64,000 bases of DNA from assembly GCF_009914755.1 (NCBI RefSeq), contig NC_060930.1; one strand, 5' to 3'. Position numbers and translations under genes: made by a program. Source of the stretch: the human T2T-CHM13v2.0 reference genome, Homo sapiens. Each line of letters starts with the position of its first letter. Positions within the stretch are counted from its first letter, which is position 1. Shown piece by piece: positions 30,200-48,546 of this stretch. The notes under the pieces are model-generated. The model saw only the letters and a list, made by a program, of their open reading frames with translations. It ran no database searches and was not told the origin of the DNA.

Positions 30200-30395
30200 C
30201 TTTTAAGAGGGCAAAAATGGAAAGCCACAAATCTCTTGAGGCCCAACTTCAGAAATTTACAGTGTTAACGTCTTCCACATTGTATTGGCCAAAAGAATAC
30301 AGAGCCAGCCCTGATTGAAGGGGAGAGGGAGTAGATTCCACCCTTCAGTGGGAAGAATGACAAATAATTTGCAGCTATCTTTAATCTATACAGCC
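30200..30395. mobile_element. Old MaLR (MLT1) LTR fragment
   Basis: ttccacattgtattggccaaa...gattccaccctt...atctataca end. Confidence 0.5.
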
Positions 30396-30617
30396 ATCTT
30401 TTCTCTCCCATACCTACCTGGTATTTTTTCCCCATTCTTTCAACAGTCAAAGTATTTTTCAACAGTCATGTAGTATTTTAAATGACAATTCTTATGAAAC
30501 CCAAAATCCAACTTTTGGACAGTTTGGGAAGCTAAAGAAAGACAAAACAAAATGGGCAACTTAATTAGTAATTTATTTCAAAGATATAAATAGCATAGAA
30601 ACAGTCATTAGTTTAAT

Positions 30618-30942
<325 letters not shown>

Positions 30943-33239
30943 TAGTTTAACTTCTAGTTGATTGGGAATGGATTCAGGAATTTCTGAAACTAGGCAAGCA
31001 TAAGTATGGACAAAAGAGGAAGAATGTTAGAAACTTTTCCTTCCTTTTGTTTTTTCTTTCATTTAGTGATGCCTGGGTCTTGCTCTCATTTTCATTACTT
31101 AAGCTCTTAGAAATGGTCATACTATTCACGATACTAAAAGTAAAACAGTATCTTGATATAAAATGCCAGTTAATCCACTAAGTCACAGACTGTTAATGCT
31201 CACAGTTACAGCACACTTAAGTTGTATACCTAAGTCATATTACTTAGAATGATGCAACAATGGATAATCCATTATTGTGAACTGCAAATGATGGTTGCCA
31301 TCATCAGGTAATAAAACAATGGCTACAGTTACAGAAAGTGATAGATAATCTGTGCCATATCCATTTGACACTAAAAACAGGGTTGTTTTTGGACCCTAAT
31401 TTTTTTTGTCTACCTTAGGGTTTTGTACTTCCCAGAATCTTCTGCATCCATTGGCAAAAATTATTAACTATTATCTTCAGAGTATATGGGGCTTTCAGTG
31501 CTAAAATTGGGATAGTCCCAGGCACACTGGGATGTTTGGACACTCTGCCTTGTCCTAGTTTAACAACAGCTACCTTGAAGCCATCTGAAATCAGCCTGGA
31601 GTAGTATGAAAACAGCTATGTTCTGATCTTGCCTTTGGAGGTTGTTTTTGTTTGTTTTGTTTGGGGGTGGGGTGAGGGAGGAGTTGCTATATCAAATACA
31701 TTTTATAGTTTTTGAAGATGCGTTTTTTCCCCCTCCCAAATTCACTGCATTACAGTTTTTGAAACAGAACGGGAGAAAAAAAATAACAAACAGTGCTGGC
31801 ATCCAATAGATGGTAAATTCACTTTTCATTTTTAATAAAGAGTGGACGACGAGGAACTAGAAATTCTCCTAGGCTTGGAGAATTTAAACTGTTTAGTAAC
31901 CTTGTTGTTTCATATATTCAAAAATCTACAACTTTCTACCTTCATAACCTCCTACTTATGAATCAAGAACTAAATTCTGGAGACAAGATGAAGGTACTAC
32001 TTAACTACCATGACCCCTGCTGACTCTGCTTCTGTGGAAACCAATAACTTCTCTTTCTTCATAACCCCAGTGGTCACTATTTGAATGAAGTGGGATTCCA
32101 AACATTTTGGCATTCAGTCTTCTGTTTTCAGCCCAGGTTGGTTTTCATTTTTTAACCACAGGAGATATAAAAGAATGATTTAGTAAATCATAATAGCAGT
32201 TAAGTCTGAAGCTGTTCATCAGCTTCTCCTTCACAAGTTTGGGTATCAGCTCCTCAGTCTCTTTTGCTTTCACCATTTACAGGCTTCACTTATTTCTTGA
32301 GTCTCTGTTAATTTAAGCTTTTAATGAAACTGTGCATCTTCCTGAATTACGTGTTTGCACTTTCAAAGTTAAAGTGTTTCTCAAATTTCATTGGTCTGTC
32401 TCACAGAATACTGAATTCCCTGACACTTTGATGATCCTCTCACTTTAAAGCATAAGGAACATTTGGAACTACTTATCTCATGCAGTCATTTCTCGGTTTA
32501 ATTTCTGGCTTTAGAAGTTTGTGTGCTTCAGCTTGAGATAAGTGTATTTTTAAGAGATTGTGTATTCTGTGTAAAGGTAGCGCCAACTGCACTGCTTTGG
32601 AATAGGTATCATTGCTAGACTTTTTCATTCCATAGAAAGTTAAGGAGTTTCCAGCAACACCTGTAGCACTAAACTGCTGCCTGACTAACGAACTGAACTG
32701 ACTATGCTATCATCTTGCTGAAAGGTACATAGAAGTAGATAGACTAGTGAAGCTGGGGTGCTAAGGGAAAGAACATTTTGGTTTTGGTAGCTCACAGAGG
32801 GGTCTAATTTAATATTACATCCAGAAATATAGTATTTAAAGACTTTATCTTGAAGTAGTAGTGATCTATTAGTTTGTCTTCTATACCAAGAGATACAGGT
32901 TTTGAAGGTCAGGGACTTGAGAAAGGCTTAGCTAGGTGACTTTTCTTCTTCATGTAGCATCTGCAGGGATGATTTGGTGGTGGCTTGTGTGGTTTGGTCG
33001 GGAAGTTCCATGTCTGCAGTCTAAAGACCTCTTCAGATGGCCTCTGCAGCAGGGTACTCAGACTTGTAACATGGTGACTCAAGGCTTTGGAAAATCTTGA
33101 TAGTTCTTAAGAAAGACTTGGGCTGTAGCCCTGCAGAGCCACATAAAATTGCTTTTCGAACATACACATTTAATTCTCTCTATATTTTCTTTTGCTGCAT
33201 TTATATTTCTAAGTTACGTTTTTCTCATATTCGTAATTG

Positions 33240-33475
33240 TTGTGGTGCGCTTATGGCTCATTGCAGTCTCAAACTCCTGGGCTCAAGGGATCCTCCTGCC
33301 TCAGCCTCCTTAGTAGCTGGGACTACAGGCTTGTGCCACCACAACCAGCTGATTTTTTTATTTTTGTAGAGACAGAGTGTCACTATGCTGCTCAGGCTGC
33401 TCTCGACTTCTGGCCTCAAGCAATCCTCTTGCCTTAGCCACCCAAAACGCTAGGATTATAGGTGTGAGCTGTCTG
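33240..33475 (-). mobile_element. AluJ-like, truncated
   Basis: Antisense Alu arms. Confidence 0.85.
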
Positions 33476-33661
33476 ATAACCCCATGAGACGTAGAAATTA
33501 AAACATCACTACAGTGGGAGATGATGCATAGAAACAGGAAACAGGAAAACTTAAAAACAGTACTGAAACCACTTTGGAGATCAGTTTGGCAATACCTATT
33601 GAACTTGAAAATGCACATCCCCAAGGACCAAATCATTCCATTGCTAAAGGATACCCTAGGT

Positions 33662-34300
<639 letters not shown>

Positions 34301-34519
34301 GCCCTAGAGAAACATACATGCACAAGGAAACAAACTTAAAAAAAAAAGTTCTTAATAGCAATATGAGACATACTAAAATGTTCATAGTAGCAATGTATGT
34401 AATAGTAAAAAGGTGGATATAACCTAAATTTCCACAAATAGGGGGATGTATAAATAAGCGATTATATTTATACTGTGGAGCACTAAATGATAATGAAAAT
34501 GAAAGCACTAGCTTTTTTT

Positions 34520-35580
<1,061 letters not shown>

Positions 35581-35734
35581 CTCCCTTTACTGCACCAACA
35601 ATAGGACCTTCACTATGTACTTGAATAGACTTGCTGATAGCTTATTGCTGGGGAGAAATTAGATGTTTGCTGAAGGTTTGGGGAGTTATTCCTGTTTCAG
35701 ATTAAGGGAGTGCCTTTCTATTCCTGGTTTGCAA

Positions 35735-36334
<600 letters not shown>

Positions 36335-37320
36335 GCTAAGAGTTTTTGTTTGTTGTGAGTGGATACTGTAAATTACATTTACGATTTTCAAATGTTTACT
36401 TTTGCTTTTTAGAATAAACCCTGCTTAATTGTAATGTGTTATTTATATATCACTGAGTTTGATTTGCTAAGATTTTGTTTAGGTTTTATATCTGTCTTTT
36501 TGTGAGATTGCTCAGTAATTTTCCTTCCTTGAATGTCACTGTCAAGTTTAGGATCAAGTATTCTGACTTCATAAAATGAGCTGCAAAGTGTTCCTTTTTT
36601 ATTTTCTGCAAAAGTTCAGATAAGATTGATGCTATTTTTTAAAAGTTTGAAAGAAATTAGTGGCGAAGCCTTCTGAGCCTGAGTTTTGATTTTTTGGGAA
36701 GATTTGTCATAATGAATTCAATTTATTTTATTGATATAGCAGTATTAAAAATCTTCTTTTGCTTCTTGTGTTCATTTGGTAACTTGTGCCCTCATAGACA
36801 TTTAGGTTTTTGCTTTCTTTGGTCAACCATACTAGTTCCTATTCATCCACCGAATGTTTATCTTTTTTCACTTTTGTTAATCTCTCTTCTACTATTATCT
36901 CCTCTCTGGTTCTTTTTGTTCTTATGGGTTGCTACTTTTCTTCCTCTTTCCATTATTGTCATTTTAGTGGAGGATATGGAGAAAACTTTAGGTGTTTAAT
37001 TTGTGATATTTAACTGGGATCTCTCCTTAACCTTTTTCTTTCCATCTCCTTAATTTTCTAACTAGAATACAGTGGACATAATTTTCTACTCTCATAATTA
37101 CAAAGGTCAACCATAACAAGTTATTGAAATGTAGTGATACTCTCAAGGACTTTTGAAGATTTTAAGTTTTTGTCCCCACTCCAGGTTGCCCCCAAACTTT
37201 TAAAAATCTCTTTTCTTTTTATAATTTATTTTTTCTCTCACTGGAAATTATCACTTCCATGGAGGTTCTAATCTAATATCAATTAGGGTATGATTGAGTT
37301 TGTTAGAATTATGTGTACAC

Positions 37321-37661
<341 letters not shown>

Positions 37662-37714
37662 TTACGACGTCTCTTTTGACTTTTGAAACATAGGTTCATT
37701 TTACATTGTGTTTT

Positions 37715-38033
37715 TAAATTTTTATTTATGTATTTTTGAGATTGTCTTGCTGTGTCACCCAGGCTGGATTGCTGTGGTGTGATCATGGCTCACTGCAGCC
37801 TCAACCTCCCAGGCTCAATTGATCCTCCGTCCAATCCTCCTATCCCAGTCTCCTGAGTAGCTGGTACTACAGGCACGCACCACCATGCCAGGCTAATTTT
37901 TTTGTATTTTTTTGTAGAGACAGGATTTTGTCATGTTGCCCAGGCTGGTCTCAAACTCCTGGGCTAAAGTGATCTGCCCACTTCAGCCTCACAAAATGCT
38001 TAGATTACAGGCATGAGCCACTGCACCCAGCCT
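37715..38033 (-). mobile_element. AluJ-like
   Basis: Antisense dimer; tgtttttaaa duplicated on both flanks. Confidence 0.9.
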
Positions 38034-38039
38034 TTGGTG

Positions 38040-39720
<1,681 letters not shown>

Positions 39721-40296
39721 TTAGGAAGTTTCACGTATACTGATGGTTTGCTCATTAAGACTTATTTCCTCCTGTTCATGATATTTCTGAAACTTTTTTT
39801 TTTTCAGGCTTGCATTGAAGTTTTATATTTTTTAGAGAGGATTTATGTTTGCTTGTGTTAGTCACTTTCAGGCTTTTTTTTTTTTCCTTTTAAAAGCAGT
39901 TTTTTATTGTGGTATAATATACATAACATATAAGTTACTGTTTAACCATTTTTAAGTGTATATTTATGCAGTTCATTGGTATTAAGTACATTTATAATGT
40001 TGTGCAGCCACCACCAATATTTATTTTTGGATCTTTTAAATCATCATAAACAAGAACTGTGTACCTGTTAAACAGTAATTCTCCATTTCTCTACTTCCTT
40101 TAGCCTCTGGTAACCTTGATTCTACTTTCTGTCTCTATGAATTTACCTATTCTGGGTACTTCATATATGTGGAATCATACAATATTTGTCCTTTTGCATC
40201 TGGCTTATTTCACTTAGTAACTGTTTTCAAGGTTCATCTGTCTTGTATCCTGTATCCAATTCGTATCCCTTTAAGGCTGAATAACATTCCGTTGTG

Positions 40297-40300
<4 letters not shown>

Positions 40301-40333
<33 letters not shown>

Positions 40334-40345
40334 ATATGTACACAC
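40301..40345. repeat. (TG)15 microsatellite
   Basis: Direct inspection. Confidence 0.9.
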
Positions 40346-40665
40346 ATACTGTATTTTGTTTATTAATCTGTTGATAGAAATTTGGGTTGTTTCCACCATT
40401 TAGCTTACTGTGAATAATGCTGCTATGAACATTGGCATACAAGTGTCTGTTTGAATACATGCTTTTGTTATTTTAGATGTCTCCCTAGAAGTGAAATTGC
40501 TAGCTCGTAGGGTAATTCTATGTTTAACTTTTTGAGGAACTGCCAAATTATTTTCTACAGTGCCTGAACTGTTTTGCGTTCCCACTAGCAATGCACAAGA
40601 GTTCCAGTTTCTCCCACATCCTAGCCAATACTTGTTACTTTCCATTTTTAAAAGTAAATAATAGC

Positions 40666-40962
40666 AGCCAGGCAGGGTGGCTCACACCTGTATTCCCAGC
40701 ACTTTGAGTGGCTGAGGCAGGGAGGATGGATTGAGGCTGGGAGTTCGAGACCAGCCTGGGCAAAATGGCAAGACCTCACCTCTACAAAAAAATTTAAAAA
40801 TTTCCTGAGCATGGTGGCATGTGTCTGTGATCCCAGCTACTCCATAGGCTGAGGCGGGAAGATCATTTGGGCCCAAGAAGTCAAGGCTGCAGTGAGCCAT
40901 GATGGCACCACTGCACTCCAGCTTGGGCTACCTTGCCTCAAAAAAAAAAAAAAAAAAAAAAG
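40666..40962 (+). mobile_element. AluJ-like
   Basis: Full dimer nested in L1MB. Confidence 0.9.
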
Positions 40963-41158
40963 AGGAAAATAAGCTTTCCTAATGGGTGAGAAGTAGTATC
41001 TCATTATGGTTTTGATTTGCATTTTTTAATGGTTAGTGATGCTGAGCATCTTTTCATGGGAGGATATTTTAATTATGGGTTTTTCATGGCCTTGTAAGTT
41101 GTGAAAATTCTGGCTACAAACCCTAGTTAATTGTCATCTCTTATGATTAGGGATTTCC

Positions 41159-41502
41159 TGTCTTAGTTCATTCGGGCTGCTGTATTGAAGTCCATAGACT
41201 GAGTGGCCTTTAAACCTCACATTTCTCAGAATTCTGGAAGCTGGGAAGTTAGATCAAGAGGTCCAGATTCAGTATCTGGTAAGGTCCCACTTTTTCACAA
41301 ATGGTGCCTTCTGGCTGTCTCCTCACAGAATGGAAGGGGCAAACAGGCTCCATTGGGCCTCTTTGATAAGGGCACCAATCCCATTCGTGAGAGCTGTGCC
41401 CTCGTGATCTAATCAGCTCACACAGGCCCCACCTCTTAATACCATCTGTATCTTGGGGTTAGGATTTCATCATATAAATTTGAGAACATTCAGACCATAG
41501 CA
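41159..41502. mobile_element. MaLR solo LTR (MLT1A/MST-like)
   Basis: TGTCTTAGTTCATTCGGGCTGCT... start and ...TTCAGACCATAGCA end. Confidence 0.8.
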
Positions 41503-42389
41503 CTGACCATGGGGTGGATGTACTTTATTTGTCTTTAGTTCAACTCAGAAAGCCAGAGCCAAGCTTAAGACATCAGAATTATCCCCACTGCCTCTTCAGT
41601 GAGTTTTTTGTTCTGTTTTGTTTTTCCCTAGTTCACCAAGTCAGAGCGTTGCCCTTCAGCTTGTCTGGTTTTCAGTCTGACATCTCATTTTGCTGGGGCC
41701 TTGAGGTTAACCTAATAAAGCCTGGGTTCTAGGACATCAGGTTTTTGGTCATAGGGTACCAAGAGAGAAATGCCATCTTTGGAATTTCATTTAGCTCTCT
41801 GGGTTCCCACTTTCTAATTGTTAATGGCTTCAAGGGGTTTCAGCCATGCACTTATAAAATTTTTTAAAATTCATAATGAGCACATTTAGTGTTCTGATCT
41901 AGAGTTTTTCAGGTTGTCAAGTTTTAACCACATTGCCAAAACCGAAAACGTTGTTTGTTTTTCTTCTGTTAAAAGGCAGGTATCGTTGAGTTTAAGGGAG
42001 AGTCTAGCAGTCTGGATATAGTTCTCATGAAGAAGGCAAGCAAACTATTTATAGGTACTTATTTCTAGAATCAGTGATCAAAGATGAGATTTAGGGCTGA
42101 TTTTATATATATTCATACATATTCATGTGCCCTCCGTTTTTATTATAGCTTTCTAATCTGAGCTTCTTTGTGTAGCAAGCACATGTATGGATGATTATGA
42201 ATTAGTAAAAACAGATTTTAATGTCTTCTTTTTCTCTTTGGAGGAAATCAAATGTTTACAAAAAATAGACAAAGGCAACCAAATTAAAACAAAATCTAGA
42301 ATAATCAAAGAGCTTGGGAAATGCACATATTTGTTTTATATTGAATAGCTCTATTAATGAATACTTACTGCAGTTTGTTTTTATTTCAG

Positions 42390-42483
42390 CTTTGGCTAGA
42401 TCAGAGTCTAAGAGAGATGGAGGTTTTAAAAATAATTGGAGCTTTGATCATGAAGAAGAAAGTGAAGGAGATACAGATAAAGA
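42390..42483 (+). CDS. SENP6: SENP6 coding exon 2 ([31 protein letters not shown], 94 nt)
   Basis: ttatttcag acceptor, AAGA|GTAAGG donor, frame continuous with exon 1 (phase 1 in, phase 2 out). Confidence 0.97.
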
Positions 42484-43126
42484 GTAAGGATTTTTTTTTC
42501 CCTCAGATGTTTTATAAGAATAAAACTTCTCATTAGAAAAACAATTTCTATTGTATGGAAATATTTTTAGGAGTATGGTATTCTTAAGAAAACATATAAC
42601 TCTTTCACAGTCGCTTTAAGGAAAGAAAAAGCAATTCCTTATTGATAAATAATTTTACTGTTATTTTCTCCATCTTTTGAAATGTATAAATATATGCTTG
42701 TAGTACATGTAACCTTACAATTAAAAATTGACTGTACAATGGAAGGCTTCAAAATAAGGAAATTGTTTTTTGTTTTTTAAAAAGGCATTCTGTTCAGGCA
42801 GCAATTTGGAAATCCACCATTTATCATGAGTAAGTGAACCCAGATAAGACCCTTGCATTTTGTATGAAAGTTTAAATACTACAGTATCTTTCTTCCCCAG
42901 TTGTGACCACCACCCCTACCACATCCATCTTAGGTCAGATTCTCACCAGAGAAAGCAGAACCATTATAAATGATAAACACAGGTGTTTACCCAGACAGAA
43001 GTTAAGCAAAGTGTTCATTACACTTTGTTAATCTACTTGGAATGACTGTTGTGTAAAAATTTTAAATGATAGTTTTAATAGAACTTTTTGTTTGTCATGA
43101 GATTTGTTTTTAAAGTTCAACATCTA

Positions 43127-43553
<427 letters not shown>

Positions 43554-44172
43554 TTAAAGAAATTTTTATACAAGAAGTCATTCAGAATATATTGGCTAAA
43601 TATTGTAGGTGCTTCACTTCTGTCTGGGCAACAGCTCCGTTCATCATTACCACTTTATGTGCCTTCACCGATGAGATGTTGATTTGAAGTTTTATTTGAA
43701 GGAGAGCTTTGAACTGGTAAGTCTCTCATTTAAAGTCAGTATTTTATGGTTTTCTTTCTTTCATTTCTTTTATACTTTTTCTGATTACTTTAAAATATAA
43801 AACAATTATTCAGTATGCATATAGTTTTGAAAAATTAGAATTAAATCTGAAATTAAGCTGCATAGAAAATATACCACTTTTTAAACATGTTTATAAAATG
43901 TTTACGAGAGACTTTTTAATCATTAAAAAAAAGTTTGGATGTATATAAACAGTAATACAACATTTTACATTTTTGTGTAAATATCTAGGACTTTACAATA
44001 AATAGCTGAGTTGTCTTCGAAAACGTTGTATTTGACTTTCTTTGATGGCAGATTTACTGTAGTTATACATTTTTTAAAAACTGTCTTTACGGTGCTAGCT
44101 GTCCTGTACATTTCATTTCTGAATTGTACTATTTGGTTCATCATGAGTCTCAGGCACATCAGCTTTTTGAAC

Positions 44173-44208
44173 ATGTATCTATTAACATGAACCTGTTAAT
44201 AGATACAT
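44173..44208. repeat. Perfect inverted repeat, 15-bp arms, 6-nt loop
   Basis: ATGTATCTATTAACA-tgaacc-TGTTAATAGATACAT. Confidence 0.92.
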
Positions 44209-44473
44209 TAGTTTAATCTTCTAGAATTTCAGGCCGGTGATTTCTCAATGAAGGGTTGATATTTTCAAGAGTGGTAGAAGTATAACTATTTTACCATGGT
44301 AATACCACTGGAATTACTTTCTTTTCATTAGCTAAGGCTTTCTTTCCTTTCAGTTCATTTCTTTGTTTCTCTATCTTTCTACCCTTAATTTTCAATCTAA
44401 GACAAAAAGGAAAAATGAATGAGAATATATAAAATCCATAACTAAATAAACAGAATTATGTGTTCATTTATTG

Positions 44474-44667
44474 TAGGGTTCAACAAACTATGATCCATGG
44501 GCTAATCTTGCGTGCCACCTAATTCAGTTAATAATTTTTATTGGAACATAGCCACATGTATTGTTTATGGCTGTTTTCATACAACATATGAGTAGCTGCT
44601 ACAGAGACCATATGGCCTGCAAAGACTATGGTTTGGCCCTTTACAGAAAAAGTTTGCTGATTCCCTG
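44474..44667. mobile_element. MER58A hAT element
   Basis: ttttattggaacatagccac...ggccctttacagaaaaagtttgctgattccctg. Confidence 0.8.
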
Positions 44668-44757
44668 AATTAGGTGAACATAGAGGATAAAACCTCAGAA
44701 TTTAATATAAGGATTGTGATTGCTACTTATGTTTTTTTCCCCTTATTTTCTGTGTAG

Positions 44758-44818
44758 TGGGACAAATCTGCTCAGTGTGGATGAAGATGAGGATTCTGAA
44801 ACCTCAAAAGGAAAAAAG
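44758..44818 (+). CDS. SENP6: SENP6 coding exon 3 (DGTNLLSVDEDEDSETSKGKK, 61 nt), non-canonical GC donor
   Basis: Polypyrimidine tract + tgtag acceptor; AAG|GCAAGT donor is required to keep frame with exon 4. Confidence 0.95.
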
Positions 44819-45708
44819 GCAAGTGTTGCTTAAAATATTTTCTTCTTTTACATTATATACAAAAAAATTGTTACCTCAAAAGATTTAATATTTTTAAATT
44901 ATAAACCCCAGTTACCCACTTTCTCCACTCCAGAGGCAAATGGTGTTCCCAGTTTGTTATTTATCACTTTGGGAATGTTTCATGCATTATAAAGAAGAGA
45001 AATATTTCCACCTCCCATGTTACACAATTGGTAATATACTGTGCATGGTTTTTCTGATCTTCCTTTAACTTAATATATTATCTTGGAGACCATCTGTAAG
45101 AGTTCATAAAAAGCACCTCATTGTTTTCAGTGAGTGCATAGTATTCCATTGTATTATATACCATTAACCAATTCCACCTATTGATGGATATTTACAGAGT
45201 TGTCAACTTTTTAATTTTTTTCTAAAATAATCTGTAAATTAGCCTTCTATATGGGTTATTTTGCACACATACAAGCGTATCTGTAGAATGAATTCCTAGA
45301 GGTTGCACTGCTTTATCAGGACAGGTCCATTTCTAATTTTGGCATACCAGATTTACACTTGTTCCATCGATATCTGAACGTATCTGTTTCCCCACACATC
45401 CGTCATAATGTCTTCAACCTTTGATCTTTGCAAATGAAAACTAGTATCTCAGTGTAGTTTTAATTTCCATTTTATTTTTTGTGAGGTTGAACATCATTTC
45501 ATATGTATAGTCTCATTCTTTTTTAGAATAATTGTCAGTTAATATCCTTTGCCCATTTTTCTATCTGGTCTTTAGAATATTATTCATAGGAATTATTTTT
45601 ATATTTAGTCTAAGACACACTTTTTTTCACATTTTAACATCTTTGAAATCTAGATGCATCTTATTAAGATAGCATGATATGCTTTAATTATTTAAAAAAA
45701 ATGTTTTT

Positions 45709-45838
45709 GGCCAAGTGTAGTGGCTCACGCCTATAATCCTAGCACTTTGGGAAATCAAGGTGGGAGAATTGCTTTAGGCCAGGAGTTTGAGACTACCTGG
45801 ACAACATAGTGAGACTCCATCTCTAAAAAATAAAAAAT
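45709..45838 (+). mobile_element. FLAM-type Alu monomer
   Basis: Left monomer with A tail. Confidence 0.8.
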
Positions 45839-45897
45839 TTTGCACTGTAGTACATACAATAATGGTGTATTGTATAATAATGTTATAGGTTTGATGA

Positions 45898-46274
<377 letters not shown>

Positions 46275-46433
46275 ATTACTAAAATTTTAACTCAGTTTTT
46301 TCACTAGTCTTTTGTCTTTGCTTATGGTGGCTATTGCCATGGGGAAAATATATTTCCTTATGTCATCAGATGTATCATTTTTCTTTTAAAGGCTTTTGAG
46401 TCTACTGTCTTTGTTCCTAATGATGTTAATTTA

Positions 46434-46841
<408 letters not shown>

Positions 46842-47818
46842 TTATTTTGTTTCCTTGTTTTTGATGACACTAGCAGGTATATGTATAGTTCCACTAGGAA
46901 TGTGTATTTAAATTAGTATATTTTTAAGTAATTTGAAATTGTTTATTTCTGTTTGGTATTCTACCAACTAAATAGAGAGTTAGGGTTGTTGTTGTTGTTG
47001 TTGTTTTTTAATTTTGTTTTTTATAGTGAGGAATTGCATTTTATTTTCATTTTAATTTTTATTATGTAAATTTTTTGGATGGTTTCAGCATCATATCTCA
47101 AAAGAAGTAATTTTCAGAGAAATCTAATTTTGTCTTGATTCCCTTTATTCTTTTTTCCCTATAAGTGACTTGTTTTAAAAATTATGTGGCTTAGCTTTTT
47201 ATATATATATATATATGTAAGCATATACCACTTTTCTTGGAAAAACTATACACACTGTTGACACCTTGATTTTTTTACTTGACAGTATGTTATGTAGATC
47301 ACTCTACAGCAAAGTATTTACAAATCTTTATCATCCTTTTTATTGTTATATAGTACTTCATTGGATGGATATACTGTAGATATTCAGTTTGTCCCTACTG
47401 ATGAATAGAGATTTTTTTCCCCCAGTCTTTTGCTATTACGTATAAGACTTCACTAAAACCTTGTGCATAGATATTTTTTTCATATCTGTGTAGTATATTT
47501 GTGGGATAGATTCCTAGAATTGAAGTTGCTATTTCAGAGGTGAAATTCACATGTAGTTTTGCTAGATACTGCCAAATTCCCTATCTAAAGGTGTTAACAT
47601 TAGCCATTCCCACTAGCAGTGTATGACTCTATTTCCCTGTAATCTTGCAAAATATGTAGTCATACTTGAATTTTTGCTGATCTGAACATAGCACCTTCAC
47701 ATATTTCCTGTATTTACAGTGTAAGAATTTAAACAACTTTTAACATTTACTTTTTTTTCCGTCTTTCTGGGTTTTTTTTTCCCTCTGCAACAGCTCTATT
47801 TTATCATAATTTGAGGAA

Positions 47819-48121
47819 ATTTATTTTATTTATTTATCTATTGAGACTGAGTCTCACTCTGTTGCCCAGGTTGGAGTGCATGGTGCGATATCGGCTCACT
47901 GCAACTTCTGCCTCCCAGATTCAAGTGATTCTCCTGCCTCAGCCTCCTGAGTAGCTGGGATTACACACGGACACCAACAAACCAGCTAACTTTTGTATTT
48001 TAGTAGAGCTGGGGTTTCACCATGTTGGTCAGGCTGGTCTTGAACTCCTGACCTCAGATGATCTACCCACCTTGGCCTCCCAAAGTGCTGAGATTACAGG
48101 CGTGAGCCACTGTGCCTGTCC
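47819..48121 (-). mobile_element. AluS
   Basis: TSD tgaggaaatt. Confidence 0.92.
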
Positions 48122-48342
48122 TGAGGAAATTATTGAATTTGATGTTTTTCTCTTAATACTGTTCAGTTTTTCTTTATAAAGTTATTCATGCTGAAAAACT
48201 CTAAGGTTTTTCCCACTGCAGGTTTCCTAGCTTTTATTTTGACATCTGGATTTCCTGAAGTGCTATTTTTTAGGTGTTTTTTAGATAGACAAGAAAAAAG
48301 TAGAAAAAAAGGAGTGAACTTGGTAGATGAAAATAAGATGTG

Positions 48343-48478
48343 AGCAGGCACGGTGTCTTTTGCCTGTAATCCCAGCACCTTGGTAGGATGAAGCGGGAGG
48401 ATCGTTCGAAGCCAGGAGTTTGAGATCAGCCTGGGCAACAAAATGAGACTCTACCAGAAATAAAAATAAAAAATAAAA
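48343..48478 (+). mobile_element. FLAM-type Alu monomer
   Basis: Left monomer; aagatgt duplicated on both flanks. Confidence 0.8.
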
Positions 48479-48546
48479 GATGTTTTCTGTCACTAACTTA
48501 TATAGGGCATTGGTCTTCATGTACACATATGTAGCTTTCAGATTGC

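Larger units (their letters stand above)
39895..41060 (-). mobile_element. L1MB-like 3' fragment with nested (TG)n and Alu
   Basis: aaccatttttaagtgta..ggaatcatacaatatttgtcc..tttgaggaactgcca motifs. Confidence 0.8.

Noticed and set aside
40301-40330. (TG)15 in intron 1 as a TDP-43 cryptic-exon site
   Set aside because: No strong adjacent splice-site pair found, unlike the 59407 tract
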